The notes beneath the pieces were generated by a model that was given only the letters and a program-made list of their open reading frames with translations, did not search any database and was not told the DNA's origin. This document shows positions 35,964 through 46,231 of a stretch of DNA of 52,605 bases, piece by piece. This DNA is from Octopus bimaculoides (lineage: Eukaryota), in NCBI RefSeq assembly GCF_001194135.2, contig NC_068988.1, positions 15,416,979 to 15,469,583 on the forward strand, written 5' to 3'. The position numbers and the translations under genes are program-made. Numbering within the stretch: position 1 is the stretch's first letter; the number at the start of each line of letters is the position of its first letter.

Positions 35964-38900
35964 CACACACACACACACATATAAAGATATAATATACCTT
36001 CATGCTGAATGAGAGAGCCAATCATTTTCCGAGAATTCAGATTGAACAACCATACATTTTCATCTGTACCACCTGAGGCCAGAAAATTCCGGTTGTTTGA
36101 TGTAGCCACATTTCTGACACAACCTGAATGGGAATGGTCTGTGAAACTTTCCTCAAGTTGCCAATTCTGAAAGCAAATAAATGAAGTGAATATGCATCAC
36201 AATAACGAATACATTCCAACAACTTACTGTTAACTCTTTGATACATTCAGTATCTCTTAAATTCTTACAGTATAACCAAGTTATTTTTATCTCAATTAAA
36301 AGCTCCCTGACTTCAAAAACATGAAAGTTAAGTTAGTAGTAATATTTAGTAATTAACCTTTTAGCATTCACATTATTCTGTTAAAAGTAATTTTTATTAA
36401 TTCATATTATTTTGAATTAACCATGCATTATTTTGCAGCTCTGAGATTTTGATGAGCTAACTTAATTTTTAGAATGATATTGTAGGATTGGTGTGAGAGG
36501 CCAGATCTGGACAGTTTGAGCATAAAACAGTATGCTAAAGGATTAATTTCCTCTGCTAGTGTTTCAATGCAATGAATTTTAATGGAGGATTTCTTTAAAA
36601 CATCAATGATTCTACAGAATCACATAAAATCCAAAATAAAAAAATTTTCAATAAAATAACTTTCTTAATTTGCATTATCTTAGTAATAATTTGACATTAC
36701 TGATGATATGTAAACATAAGAGAGATTTGCATAATAACATTATGACAGAGCAATCAATATTTGTTGGATCTCTCCTAGTTAAAGTGCATTCTTAGGTTAG
36801 CTAGGCCCATTTCCTTCTCTTTAGGGTCAGGAAAAGATGAAGGAAGGAGATTGTTCCACTTGAATACATGCAAACTTTGTAGGTTATAGAACTTGATGGA
36901 ATATAATACTCACAAGAATCTGACAAAAAGACATAAACGTAAAAACCCGGAGCTACTAGATGACACAATCGTATTGAACAAACATCAGGGTAAATCAGGT
37001 TCTATAATTATCATCATTCCAACATCTACTTTTTCATGCTTGTATGGATTGGATGGAATATATTGAAGCAAATTTTCTATGGCTGGATGCCCTTCCTGTT
37101 GCTAACTCTCATGTTTCCCCATGAACAAATATTTTCACAGAAGATTGAAAATGAAAGATACCACTTGAATGAGGTGACACTTGTTTACAACTATCGTGAT
37201 GTCATGGCAAGGAGACAGTAACATATACATAATAGATTTCTTTCAATTTCTCCTGCCCAAATCCACTCATAGGGCTTTGATCAGCCTGGGACTATAATAG
37301 AAAACACTTGCCTAAGGTGCTACAGTGGGATTGAACACAAAACTATGTGGTAGGGAAGCAAACTTCTTAACATACACCCAGTTTTAAGACAAGTTCTTTG
37401 TTTTTTCTTTCATAGTTTCAATTATCTCAAAGCTAAAAAATAATGTATGATTAATTCAAAACAATATGAATAAATAAGCATTACATTCAACAAGAGTAAT
37501 TTGAATGTTAAAGGATTAATGCCTAAGTTTCACTGAACTAATGAGATGACACCTAAGAATGGTCAAAATCCAGTAAGGTAATGATTTTATTTGTTGTTTG
37601 CTCAATTTAAATTTGTGTGATAGGACAAAGCTCATATACTGTTACATTATTTCTGTAGATTCAACCAGATTATATTCTGGTTTAAGCACCTTATATAACC
37701 TGTTATATTTTTTGGAATTTTCAGAAAACTTTTGTAAATTTGTTCTACACACGTAAATGCATACAACTATTAAATAATTTTTGTTTTTTTTTTGTTTTTG
37801 TTAAATTAGAGTTTAAAATACGGACAGACCGAATTTTTGTTGCTTACATACCGGCAATGGACTACTCTTGCATGTAGCAGTCCATTAAATGTGTTTATGG
37901 GGAGAAAAAAAAGTTGAAAAACAACAATAAATGTCAAAGTAACAATGGAATGAGGAAGGTATCAGGTGGTCATGAGTTGTGTAAAAAATAACAGCTAAAT
38001 CGCCCTTAAATTACACGTTAACTATTTTTCCTACTTACAAGAACTTTTCTGAATTAGTCACGCAGTCTGTAAGAGTTCTCCCCACTACTATTATTAAACA
38101 TAGGCATTGCTTTCACTTCTGACAGCTAATAGCATGATAGTGCCCAATATTTTATAACCGAGATACTGACATTGTACAACAGTCCAAAATGTATTGTTTT
38201 AATAGTTTCCTGACTCTCATAAAGTTGTTGTTGTTGGCACTCCGTCGCTTACGATGTCGAGAGTTCCAGTTGATCCGATCAACAGAACAGCCTGCTCGTG
38301 AAATTAACGTGCAGGTGGCTGAGCACTCCACAGACACGTGTACCCTTAACGTAGTTCTCGGGGATATTACACGTGACACAGAATGTGACAAGGCTGACCG
38401 TTTGAATTACAGGCACAACAGAAACAGGAAGAAAGAGTGAGAGAAAGTTGTGGTGAAAGAGTGCAGCAGGGTTCACCACCATCCCCTGGCGGAGCCTCGT
38501 GGAGATTTAGGTATTTTCGCTCAATAAACACTCACAACGCCCGGTCTGGGAATCGAAACCGCGAGTCCGCTGCCCTAACCACTGGGCCATTGCGCCTCCA
38601 CTCTCATAAAGTTAACCTTACGGAAAAGTGAACGGAGAAAAAGACGAGCGTTTTCGTGGATTCAGAAATTGACTACCTAGCAACAATATACAGAATTGAA
38701 ATATTTACATAAAAAGGGAATTAAAGCTATTATATAAGATTCCGAAATACAGTTATCTATCGGTAAATTACATTTCCATCTTGTATTAAGATGTTGGGTA
38801 CTCAAGAAGACATCTCCGCATACATATCTCATCTCTGTATTCTATCCCACGTGGTCAGACAGTTACATCTCGCTGTTGTTTTCTACATAGATAGAGTCCA

Positions 38901-39002
38901 ATAAAAGAGTTTTCAACTTACATCACCAACAGCCGTTGCACGATAGGCTAATATCAATTCTTCGTATGTTCCGACAATTATTTCGATTACTGGACCTTCC
39001 AT
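10116..39002 (-). CDS. PAK1IP1: p21-activated kinase-interacting protein 1 / Mak11-like WD40 protein; complete 10-exon gene, join(39002-38922,36166-35998,35003-34883,32747-32620,28166-28084,27618-27556,26181-26084,22234-22132,21429-21234,10177-10116)
   Basis: All nine introns are GT-AG with compatible phases; total 1104 nt = 367 aa + stop. The translation follows PAK1IP1 motifs in order: IEIIVGTYEELILAY, FTDHSHSGCV, LASGGTDENV, LIQHEGSLTHLQF, CSEDG, GHKAGINCLAVHPSGKLAFTVSKDKTMKAWNLIKG, CSDGYIRIWK, RLTCIAV, and a Lys-rich tail. Family assignment is from recalled human and yeast sequences. Confidence 0.93.
11237..11293 (+). mobile_element. 5' (tRNA-like head) fragment of SINE family A
   Basis: Nearly identical to the head of the 24647 copy. 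Confidence 0.75.
11814..12468. mobile_element. MITE with GGATC-terminal TIRs and 8-bp TSD CATTTCTG (Merlin-like)
   Basis: TIR 'ggatcttgttcaaaataggggcaccagt' / 'actggtgcccccgttttgaacaagatcc'; CATTTCTG at 11806-11813 and 12469-12476. Confidence 0.85.
13270..13720 (+). mobile_element. Tc1/mariner-superfamily transposase 3' remnant
   Basis: Decayed PWLERVAAGRPYVWQQDSAPCH and 'PHNSPNCNTMDYY' (equivalent to WPPNSPDLNPLDY), ending 'RFQSCLEAMAEAKG'. Confidence 0.75.
14715..15030 (+). mobile_element. Non-autonomous Helentron-like (HINE/DINE-1-type) element
   Basis: Sub-terminal 'aacctctgacaagg' versus 3' stem-loop 'acctccgtcttcgctaaggtagaggt', an (ACAA)n tract and an 'aaaagtttcatctgaatcc' block. Confidence 0.6.
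15078..15951. mobile_element. MITE, same family, 8-bp TSD GAGAATTG (interior mostly in gap)
   Basis: TIR 'ggatctattttaaaacgggggcgccagt' / 'actggcgcccccgttttaaaatagatcc'; GAGAATTG at 15070-15077 and 15952-15959. Confidence 0.87.
16430..16817 (+). mobile_element. 5'-truncated RTE LINE inserted in the middle of a family C SINE (SINE halves 16263-16429 and 16818-17030)
   Basis: DSCVKKCHTLTVEGTRGRGRPRKTCAEVVRQDLRTLGLTEAMTTDRDLWKCAVCEKTRQAK*, then a gap, then a (GAT)n tail. Confidence 0.8.
17262..17990 (+). repeat. ~61-62 bp minisatellite (about 9 units) forming the 3'UTR of the RTE family, ending in (GAT)n
   Basis: Unit 'cgttgccagtgcccctggactggctcatgtgcgggcgacacatgaaatctttcgagcgggat' starts at 17262, 17324, 17386, 17447 and onward; the array continues into the shared RTE terminal 170 bp. 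Confidence 0.85.
18692..19000 (+). mobile_element. RTE 3' end, near-exact duplicate of about 17710-17992 across a gap
   Basis: About 280 bp nearly identical, including the 'tc' after the tail. Confidence 0.75.
19735..20170 (+). mobile_element. Older RTE-family 3'UTR with diverged repeat units and (GAT)n tail
   Basis: Same terminal block 'aagcacccactacactct...gacgttaaacgatgatgat'; further remnants at about 7810-7970(-), 11430-11620, 27220-27390(-) and 35570-35735. Confidence 0.72.
20758..21145 (-). mobile_element. SINE family A, full-length, about 90 nt into PAK1IP1 intron 9
   Basis: Head, A/B boxes and (CAA)n tail present. Confidence 0.9.
21234..21429 (-). CDS. PAK1IP1: PAK1IP1 exon 9 (NDIVTKLLAEHNSSFRLTCIAVY...SSEDK)
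   Basis: ttattattgcAG acceptor, GTGAGG donor, 196 nt; RLTC motif followed by a charged low-complexity linker. Confidence 0.88.
22132..22234 (-). CDS. PAK1IP1: PAK1IP1 exon 8 (RIRGLCHKVLPSGDNILANACSDGYIRIWKVTIDD)
   Basis: tatattttcAG acceptor, GTAAGT donor, 103 nt; SDG-x-I-x-x-W WD motif. Confidence 0.93.
22540..23161. repeat. Long imperfect inverted repeat (arms 22540-22812 and 22918-23161, ~105 nt spacer)
   Basis: The arms are reverse complements along their whole length, with scattered mismatches and one ~22-nt insertion in the left arm. Confidence 0.92.
24647..25031 (+). mobile_element. SINE family A, full-length, in PAK1IP1 intron 7
   Basis: 'gtggaggcgcaatggcccagtggttagggc...ggtttcgattccc...ggagtgccaacaacaacaa'. 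Confidence 0.9.
26084..26181 (-). CDS. PAK1IP1: PAK1IP1 exon 7 (NSLIVYGGEGSDIIFYDIEKEAEVYKLTTNSSR)
   Basis: tatctttccAG acceptor, GTATTT donor, 98 nt. Confidence 0.9.
27556..27618 (-). CDS. PAK1IP1: PAK1IP1 exon 6 (TTGLIQIVEAPGRINSMLYMT)
   Basis: ctaatttcacAG acceptor, GTAAGT donor, 63 nt, phase 0/0; corresponds to the 'RISSVKF' segment of the human protein. Confidence 0.85.
28084..28166 (-). CDS. PAK1IP1: PAK1IP1 exon 5 (VADLVVWSLTGDTYCLVFNHKLEIYLTK)
   Basis: tttattttAG acceptor, GTAAGA donor, 83 nt; phases fit both neighbours. Confidence 0.9.
28640..29330 (-). mobile_element. Degenerate Tx1/L1-like non-LTR RT remnant
   Basis: EAWFNPDFQVNRSWNKFTIKVASLILKW..LSLKDQAEAVNVYI matches the L1/Tx1 'LGVWF..D..W...W..R.LSL.GR..V.N' region; continues into 'LWWKG'. 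Confidence 0.65.
29380..30180 (+). mobile_element. Possible highly decayed hAT (Charlie/ZBED-like) transposase remnant
   Basis: Weak motifs 'ICETLN..SLQG' and 'LIK-.LW' reminiscent of 'IFEKLNELNLSLQG...KL.LW'; many stops. Confidence 0.3.
30653..31193. mobile_element. MITE, same family, 8-bp TSD TATGAATT, with an internal telomeric palindrome
   Basis: TIR 'ggatcttttttaaaacgggggccacattttt' / 'aaaaatgtggcccccgttttaaaaaagatcc'; TATGAATT at 30645-30652 and 31194-31201. Confidence 0.87.
32620..32747 (-). CDS. PAK1IP1: PAK1IP1 exon 4 (AGINCLAVHPSGKLAFTVSKDKTMKAWNLIKGVRAYTTNLKR)
   Basis: ttctttctttcAG acceptor, GTAATT donor, 128 nt; contains the diagnostic HPSGKLA motif. Confidence 0.95.
33702..34273 (+). 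mobile_element. Internally deleted hAT (Charlie-like) transposon
   Basis: 5' TIR CAGGGGTCAGCAAACT; decayed C-terminal dimerisation segment FWHEEAVKKLLSFAT..., KQRNQLNPEDCIQIALASKCPNF; degenerate 3' end with an imperfect 8-bp TSD (ccctaaaa/ctcttaaa). Confidence 0.65.
34883..35003 (-). CDS. PAK1IP1: PAK1IP1 exon 3 (GSLTHLQFHQGSHLFTCSEDGTMCLFQTVTWECLRVFRGHK)
   Basis: tctgtctttgcAG acceptor, GTAAGT donor, 121 nt, WD repeat. Confidence 0.95.
35998..36166 (-). CDS. PAK1IP1: PAK1IP1 exon 2 (NWQLEESFTDHSHSGCV...LIQHEG)
   Basis: tttgctttcAG acceptor, GTATAT donor, 169 nt, WD repeat 1. Confidence 0.93.
36357..36542 (+). mobile_element. piggyBac-like MITE (TTAA-flanked, ccttttagcat/atgctaaagga ends)
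   Basis: TTAA at 36353-36356 and 36543-36546; relatives at about 24010-24250 and 26385-26600, half copies at about 11640-11700, 17040-17080 and 37440-37520. Confidence 0.55.
38224..38601 (-). mobile_element. SINE family A in PAK1IP1 intron 1
   Basis: Full head-to-tail copy with a small deletion in the head. Confidence 0.9.
38922..39002 (-). CDS. PAK1IP1: PAK1IP1 exon 1 (MEGPVIEIIVGTYEELILAYRATAVGD); an in-frame ATG also lies at 39011
   Basis: 81 nt followed by a GTAAGT donor; matches the PAK1IP1 N-terminal 'E-x-x-x-G-x-YE' motif. Too short to be in the ORF track. Confidence 0.9.
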
Positions 39003-39406
39003 TACAAACATTCAGGGAACTCAGCCCCAGCACAGTGATTGTTTCCTACAACGTATGCAGAAAACGTCACACAGTTGGTTGTAAACGTCATTATATTTTC
39101 AGTTTTGAGAAAGAATATTTTCGTATTTTAGTTTCGTATTTTTTACTTCACGAAAAAGATATTTTTCAGACACGAATCAACAGCACAATTTATTTTTCTC
39201 TTTTGTTAGAAATTTGATTATTTTTCATGCAAATTTTAAAATATTTTTACTTCTATTGATTTTTCTTATTTCCTGCTTATTTAGTTACTACAGTGAAAGC
39301 GCATACCTGGTTACGCTGCTGGGCTTACGATCGTTAGGACGTGGGTTCGCGTCTTGGAACAGGTAGTGCATTGTGTCCTTGTACAAGACTTTATTTCACA
39401 GTATAA

Positions 39407-39439
<33 letters not shown>

Positions 39440-39510
39440 GATAATGATGATGATGATGATGATAATAATAATTAATAATAAATAATAATAATAATAATAA
39501 TTAATTCGTT

Positions 39511-40812
39511 TTATTGGCCACAAGGGCTAATATCAATTAAAAACATATAAGGACAAAGACAGGACGAAGGTTGCAAAAGGTTTTGTCCGAAAAGGTAGGA
39601 AAGTTCGTCTAAACAGGGGAAGAAAACGGAGAAGGATATAATAAATAAATAGATAAATAAATAGATAAATAAATAAGTAGANNNNNNNNNNNNNNNNNNN
39701 NNNNNNNNNNNNNNNNNNNNNNNNNNNNNNNNNNNNNNNNNNNNNNNNNNNNNNNNNNNNNNNNNNNNNNNNNNNNNNNNNNNNNNNNNNNNNNNNNNNN
39801 NNNNNNNNNNNNNNNNNNNNNNNNNNNNNNNNNNNNNNNNNNNNNNNNNNNNNNNNNNNNNNNNNNNNNNNNNNNNNNNNNNNNNNNNNNNNNNNNNNNN
39901 NNNNNNNNNNNNNNNNNNNNNNNNNNNNNNNNNNNNNNNNNNNNNNNNNNNNNNNNNNNNNNNNNNNNNNNNNNNNNNNNNNNNNNNNNNNNNNNNNNNN
40001 NNNNNNNNNNNNNNNNNNNNNNNNNNNNNNNNNNNNNNNNNNNNNNNNNNNNNNNNNNNNNNNNNNNNNNNNNNNNNNNNNNNNNNNNNNNNNNNNNNNN
40101 NNNNNNNNNNNNNNNNNNNNNNNNNNNNNNNNNNNNNNNNNNNNNNNNNNNNNNNNNNNNNNNNNNNNNNNNNNNNNNNNNNNNNNNNNNNNNNNNNNNN
40201 NNNNNNNNNNNNNNNNNNNNNNNNNNNNNNNNNNNNNNNNNNNNNNNNNNNNNNNNNNNNNNNNNNNNNNNNNNNNNNNNNNNNNNNNNNNNNNNNNNNN
40301 NNNNNNNNNNNNNNNNNNNNNNNNNNNNNNNNNNNNNNNNNNNNNNNNNNNNNNNNNNNNNNNNNNNNNNNNNNNNNNNNNNNNNNNNNNNNNNNNNNNN
40401 NNNNNNNNNNNNNNNNNNNNNNNNNNNNNNNNNNNNNNNNNNNNNNNNNNNNNNNNNNNNNNNNNNNNNNNNNNNNNNNNNNNNNNNNNNNNNNNNNNNN
40501 NGTGAGAGCTTGGCGGCACTCGAGGTGCCAAGCGCCCTTTCTCGGTCTACGTTTGATCCAGGATTGCAGCTCTGTTAAAGAAACGAGCTGCGGAAAATCG
40601 CGTCTGACGAAAGGCGACCACACCTGTTCACCGTCCACGAAACGCTTGAGATGTCGTAGCCTGAGCGCATGTTTGCGCATCAGCAACCACGGCATGCCAA
40701 GGCCTCCGTTCAGCGGCTGTTGACAGCAGATGGAGCGCCTGACCAGTGGTACCTGACCCTTCCACAAAAAGTTGAAGAGCAAGCGTACTATCTTGGTTAA
40801 CCAGCGGTCGGG
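39511..40812 (-). mobile_element. Tx1/L1-like non-LTR retrotransposon, 5'-truncated, interrupted by a gap
   Basis: WLTKIVRLLFNFLWKGQVPLVRRSICCQQPLNGGLGMPWLLMRKHALRLRHL (the post-RT 'F.W.G...GGLG.P' signature); the putative 3' end is AATAAA followed by an (ATT)n tract at about 39400-39520. Linking the two sides of the gap is an assumption. Confidence 0.75.
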
Positions 40813-41376
40813 ACTAGCCCAGAAGGAATATAAGAGACGCCACGACAATATAGCCAGGCTTGTCCATTGAACATTTTGCAACAAGTATGGACTTGACAGA
40901 GCAAAAAATTGGTACAAACCTGAAGGCATAGTCGAAAATAGAAATGCAAAGATCCTATGGGATTTTATGATTCAGTGCGACGATGAGATAGAGAATAGGA
41001 TACCAGACATAGTCCTAATTGAGAAAGAAAATAAAAACTATGCTGGATCATGGATATTGTATGCCCATCTGACAACAAGGTATGCGATAAGGAAGAAAGA
41101 AAAGTTGAGAGATATGACAGGTTAGCTTGGGAAGTTAAGCAGTTGTAGTCTATGAAAAAGGTGGTAGTAGTACCGATAATTGTCGGAGCCTTGGGAACAG
41201 TGAGCAAAAATCTCAAGAAGTACGTGGAACAAATAGGGGCTGCAATAAGGGTGGAGCACTTGCAGAAAACAGCACTACTTGGAACCGTTCGAATACTCCG
41301 GAAGGTGCTCGAAAAATAAGAGGTGTTACCTTAGTTCACTGGTAGTGAACAGCTGACACTGTAGTACATCTCCAGC

Positions 41377-41449
<73 letters not shown>
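40813..41449 (+). mobile_element. R4/Dong-like REL-endonuclease retrotransposon 3' fragment ending in (TAA)n
   Basis: LAQKEYKRRHDNIARLVH...KILWDFMIQCD..IENRIPDIV...VVVVPIIVGALG...LQKTALLGTVRILRKVL; long TAA tract at about 41378-41449. Confidence 0.85.
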
Positions 41450-41451
<2 letters not shown>

Positions 41452-42087
41452 GCCCAGATGCAGTACCAGGCAGTGCCTCTCATGGCTTCTGATCTTAATT
41501 GATTGGAAGTGCTATCATGTACTTTGTTTTGTCTTGGTATAAAAGATGGGCTACAGCAAATATTCTGCTTAATACCACAGATTTGCTTGTCAGTTGTTTG
41601 ACCTTAACCAGTTGAGCATGTCCCTTGGTGGCTGATGATATGAGCATCTCTGATCATGAGCAGAAGTAGTGGGGGAGCATCATAGTCATGCGTTAAGAAG
41701 AATTATTCGGGGTTTGAACAATTCACCTCTGGAGACACAGGTGTTTCGTTCAACATCCTTAAACAAACCTTATTCAGGGACCTTTTGAGCGGGATAGGCT
41801 ACTCGACCCAAAGAAAATTCTAACTGGGCCCCCACCTGCNNNNNNNNNNCTCGACCCAAAGAAAATTCTAACTGGGCCCCCACCGGCAAGGCCATGCGCT
41901 GTTTATCTTGATATGAGATCACCACGTCGCGCACATATGGCTGTGATGCATGTGCCTGGTGTACCCTTATCAGACTTGTACCTAGTGTACTCTTATCAGA
42001 CCCTTATGATGGGTATACTGAGCTTCGTATATTTGTACTCCAGTGTCACTTTGACGATATGCACTGCTCTTTCTTTCTTTCTTTCTT

Positions 42088-42143
<56 letters not shown>

Positions 42144-42329
42144 AATAATAATGATAACCGTGAGCGAGATCTGCTATAGTATGCAAGGAAGGCTATAGTA
42201 TACTGGTAGAAGGATTTACCAACAATGTGGTTGAGAGTGCTAATGAATTCCAGTCACAAATTGCCAGCGAGAGAGAAGAAACACTACTCCCGCGAAACTA
42301 ACAACTTTAAAGACCAAGAAGAATCAACG

Positions 42330-43140
42330 ATATAACTCAACAAAGGTGATCTTAAAGTGAGGACTGAAAACCTGATCATCGCTGCCCAGGACCAGGCATC
42401 GAATACCAAGAACACTAATTCAGTGAAAAAGGATGTTATACCACACAAGTCCAACGAACCTCGGGAAAAAGGCTGAAAGCATGACTCATCTCGTTAGCGC
42501 TTGTGGAAGTCTTGCACAGAAAGAGTACAAGCGTAGACGCGACAAGGTATCCCTAAGTCTTCACTGGCTACAATGCTATAAGTGTGGATGCCTCGTACCA
42601 ACACAAACCGAAAAAGATAATGGACGAAAACGGGTAGGCAAAGATCCTCTGGGACTTTGACTTCCCGACAGATAAGGTGTTAGAGCACTGGAGGCCGGAT
42701 ATAGTAGCGTTTAAGAGGCACAAGCAAAAGCGCCTAATAGTTGACGTGGCAATGCCAGATCAATATATCATGAAAGAATGAGAAAAGATAGACAAATATG
42801 GAGACCTGAAAATTGAGGTCGCCAAGATATAGCAGCTACGAGAGTCGAAGGTAAAGGTCGGTCTTGTTGTCATCGGAACATTGGGTTCAATAGCGCCGAA
42901 ACTGAAGAAGCGTCTAGACACTTCAGAAATACCTTACTATCTTGGTGTATTGCAAAAATCGGCTTTTTCTTGGAACTGTACGCATATTGCGTGAAGTACT
43001 GTCTGTCTGAGATCCTTGTGACATGACATACAGCACAAATCCTCGGTAGACACAATATCATCAATCTACAACAGCATAATATTGGATAACGCGCGACGTC
43101 TTCAACAACAATGATAATAATAATGGCGACAATAATAATT
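42330..43140 (+). mobile_element. R4/Dong-like fragment (CCHC knuckle plus REL domain)
   Basis: KGDLKVRTENLIIAAQDQ...ESMTHLVSACGSLAQKEYKRRRDKV...RPDIV...VVIGTLG...LQKSAFLGTVRILREVL; degenerate TAA tail. Confidence 0.8.
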
Positions 43141-43659
43141 TATAACACAAAAACAGAGTCATAAATATATAGATTTATAAGAAGAAGCGGTCTGTCGATG
43201 AAATCGCCAGTTTTCAACCAGTAAATTAATTATTTTTAACTCCAGGAAGGATAAAAGGTGAGATAAAACCCCATTTCGAAGGGACGTAACTGCATATATA
43301 AGATGATTTCTTCATATCTCTACAAGTGTTTAGTTACGTCCCCTTTACCAGAATTCAAATACTGCAGTGGTAATATTTACTTATTTTAAAGGTGGTTCGC
43401 TAGCAAAGCCACCAGCACGCTGGACAAAATGCTTTGTGACATTTCGTCTGTCTTCATGTTCTGAGTTCAAATTCCGCCAAGATCGACTTTGCCTTTTATC
43501 CTTTGGAGGTCGATAAAATATGTACCAATTAAACACTTGGGTCGATGTACTCGATTTGCCCATTCCCCCAAATTGCTGGCCTTATGCCAAAACGTGAAAT
43601 CGATATTTATTTATTTATTTATTTAAGGCGGCGTGTTGGTAGAATCGTTAGCATCGTGG

Positions 43660-44443
43660 GTATGGCTTGAGCGAGGTGATTTGAAGCATACCACCGAAAG
43701 CCTGATCACTGCTGCACAAGGCCAGGCTCTCGCTACCAAGTCAGTAAAATATAACATCTATAAAAACTTCTGATACCCAGGAATGCAAACTCTGTGGAAA
43801 GAGTGGTGAAAATGTGACCCACTTGGTAAATGGATGTGAGAGCCTTGCACAAAAAGAATACAAGCACTGCCACGATAAAGTGTTTGTGTATCTTCATTGG
43901 CTCTTATGCCGTAAATACCAATATGAAGTAACAGAGAACTGGTATGAGCATGTACGAAGTAAAGTTATGCAGGAGGATGGAAATGTAACGATACTCTGGG
44001 ACTATGATTTTCAGACGGATCGTTTAATCGAACACCGTCGGCTGGATATTTCCATATTGGGTAAGAGAGACAAATACTGTCAGATCATTGATGCAGCCAT
44101 ACCAAATGACATGAATTTTTTGAGTAAAGAGGTTGAAACAATCACCAAGTACTCCGAATTGAAAGTGGAAATGGCAAGACTGTATGGAATGCGAGAGGGT
44201 AATGTAAAAGTGATACCAGTGGTGATCGGAGCGTTGGGCTCAATCTCATTGAAACTTCAAGACTTCTTAAGGTAACTGGAAACCCCATGCAAGATTGATG
44301 TTTTGCAAAAGCAACCTTATTGGGCACAGCGAACATCTTAAGGAAAGTATTATCTGTCTAAGGTCCTTGTGGTGACTTGGTAGATGACTAAAGACTCCGG
44401 TGCATTTTTACCTACACTGCGTTACGAAGGAATAATAATAATA

Positions 44444-44478
<35 letters not shown>
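43660..44478 (+). mobile_element. R4/Dong-like fragment ending in (AAT)n(GAT)n
   Basis: WLERGDLKHTTESLITAAQGQAL; CKLCGKSGENVTHLVNGC; ILWDYDFQTDRLIEHRRLDI; VIPVVIGALG. Confidence 0.85.
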
Positions 44479-45029
44479 AATTCTTTCTACTAAAAACACG
44501 AAGCCAGCAATTTAGGGAGAGAGGCTAAGTTGAATACATCGACCCCAGTGATCAAATGGTACTTATTTTATCGATCTCGAAAGCATGAAAGACAAAGTCG
44601 ACCTCAACGAAATTTGAACTCAGAACGTACAAACGGACGAAATGCGGCAGCGCATTTTGTTGGGTGTACTAATAATTCTGCGTCTGCCTTAATAATAATA
44701 ATTCATATGATAATCTGCTCGTTCGTTCGCCCGTTATACTTGAGTAAGAGAAGTGGAGTAAAAGTGAGAGAGAAAAGAGGGCGAGAGAAAAGAGGGAGAA
44801 AGAAAAGGAGAGAAAAGAGAGAGAAAAGTGTTAACGCCGTGCGGNNNNNNNNNNNNNNNNNNNNNNNNNNNNNNNNNNNNNNNNNNNNNNNNNNNNNNNN
44901 NNNNNNNNNNNNNNNNNNNNNNNNNNNNNNNNNNNNNNNNNNNNNNNNNNNNNNNNNNNNNNNNNNNNNNNNNNNNNNNNNNNNNNNNNNNNNNNNNNNN
45001 NNNNNNNNNNNNNNNNNNNNNNNNNNNNN

Positions 45030-45094
<65 letters not shown>

Positions 45095-45162
45095 AGAGAG
45101 AAAGAGAGAGAGAGAGAGCGGGAGGGAGGGAGAGAGAGAGAGCGGGAGGGAGGGAGAGAGAG
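45030..45162. repeat. (GA)n microsatellite; other microsatellites include (CT)n 42090-42135, (TA)n 9131-9200 and 35928-35960, (TG)n 31930-32095, (CA)n 9660-9690, (ACT)n 46190-46230 and 46490-46570
   Basis: Directly visible. Confidence 0.95.
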
Positions 45163-45486
45163 ATATGAAAAGGAGAATTACATGATTAAAAAGTTTGTTG
45201 AAAAGGTAGACAGAAAGACAGAAATATAAAATGCTTAGGTGAGGGAAATTTTAAGATCATATACTACATTGTGACTGGAAGTGAAGTAACCAAGTAAAAT
45301 AAAAATAAAAATAAAAATCATCCTTTCTTTCTTAAATAGCTTCTCTCAATCCTTTTCGTTCTGTAGAATTTCCCCAGAACCAGTTGAAGACACACAAGAT
45401 GTCGAAATATCGTTTACTAGATAACAAGGGCACTCTTCTTTTAATTTTGACTCTATATCTTCAGGAGGAGTTTCCTCAATCCTTTC

Positions 45487-45488
45487 TA

Positions 45489-45540
<52 letters not shown>

Positions 45541-45915
45541 TTATGTTTGACTTTTGTTTTGCATTTGTACAAGTTGGATCCAAGTCTCACCCAGAGACCT
45601 CAAGAGACAACAAGTTAGAAGTTCATGTAGGTGTTATGCCTAGGGTACCATATATTTGGATTTGTACAGTTTTGTTCAAGTGAATGTTTAAGAAACCATA
45701 AGAAAATTATGTGTTTGCTTTAAAATTTGAGATCACATAGACAGTATTTTACGTAGGATATGGGCAGTTCCCATGAGCACTATCTTTTGAACTTCAGCCA
45801 TTTTGGGGTTTCCTGGAATCTGATCTAGGTAGTAATCAGCCCGTTTCGCTGTCATTCCCAGGGCACCTATGACAATAGGTATTGTTTTCGTCTTCAGATT
45901 CCACATTTTGCTAAT
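45487..45915 (-). mobile_element. R4/Dong-like 3' end (different subfamily) with (TAA)n tail
   Basis: Minus strand KISKMWNLKTKTIPIVIGALGMTAKR...EVQKIVLMGTAHILRKILSM*; the 3'UTR runs into (TAA)n at 45487-45540. Confidence 0.82.
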
Positions 45916-46191
45916 TTCTATTTAAGGCGACGAGCTGGTAGAATCGTTGGCACTCTGGGCGCAAAATTCTTAACGGCATTTCGTCCATCTTTACGTTCTG
46001 AGTTCAAATTCCGCCGAAGTCGATTTTACCTTTAATCCTTTTTTTTGAGGGGGGGGTCGATAAATTAAATACCAGTTAAACACTGGGAGTACCATGGCCA
46101 TGTTTGGAGAGGAATTCTTTGGTGTTTAAACAATTCACCTTTGGAAATATGGGTGTTTCATTCAACATCCTTAAACAACCCTTATTCAGGG

Positions 46192-46231
<40 letters not shown>

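Noticed and set aside
39040-39300. PAK1IP1 core promoter (two aaacgtca motifs at about 39062 and 39083)
   Set aside because: A promoter is expected here by position, but the short motifs alone are not sufficient support.
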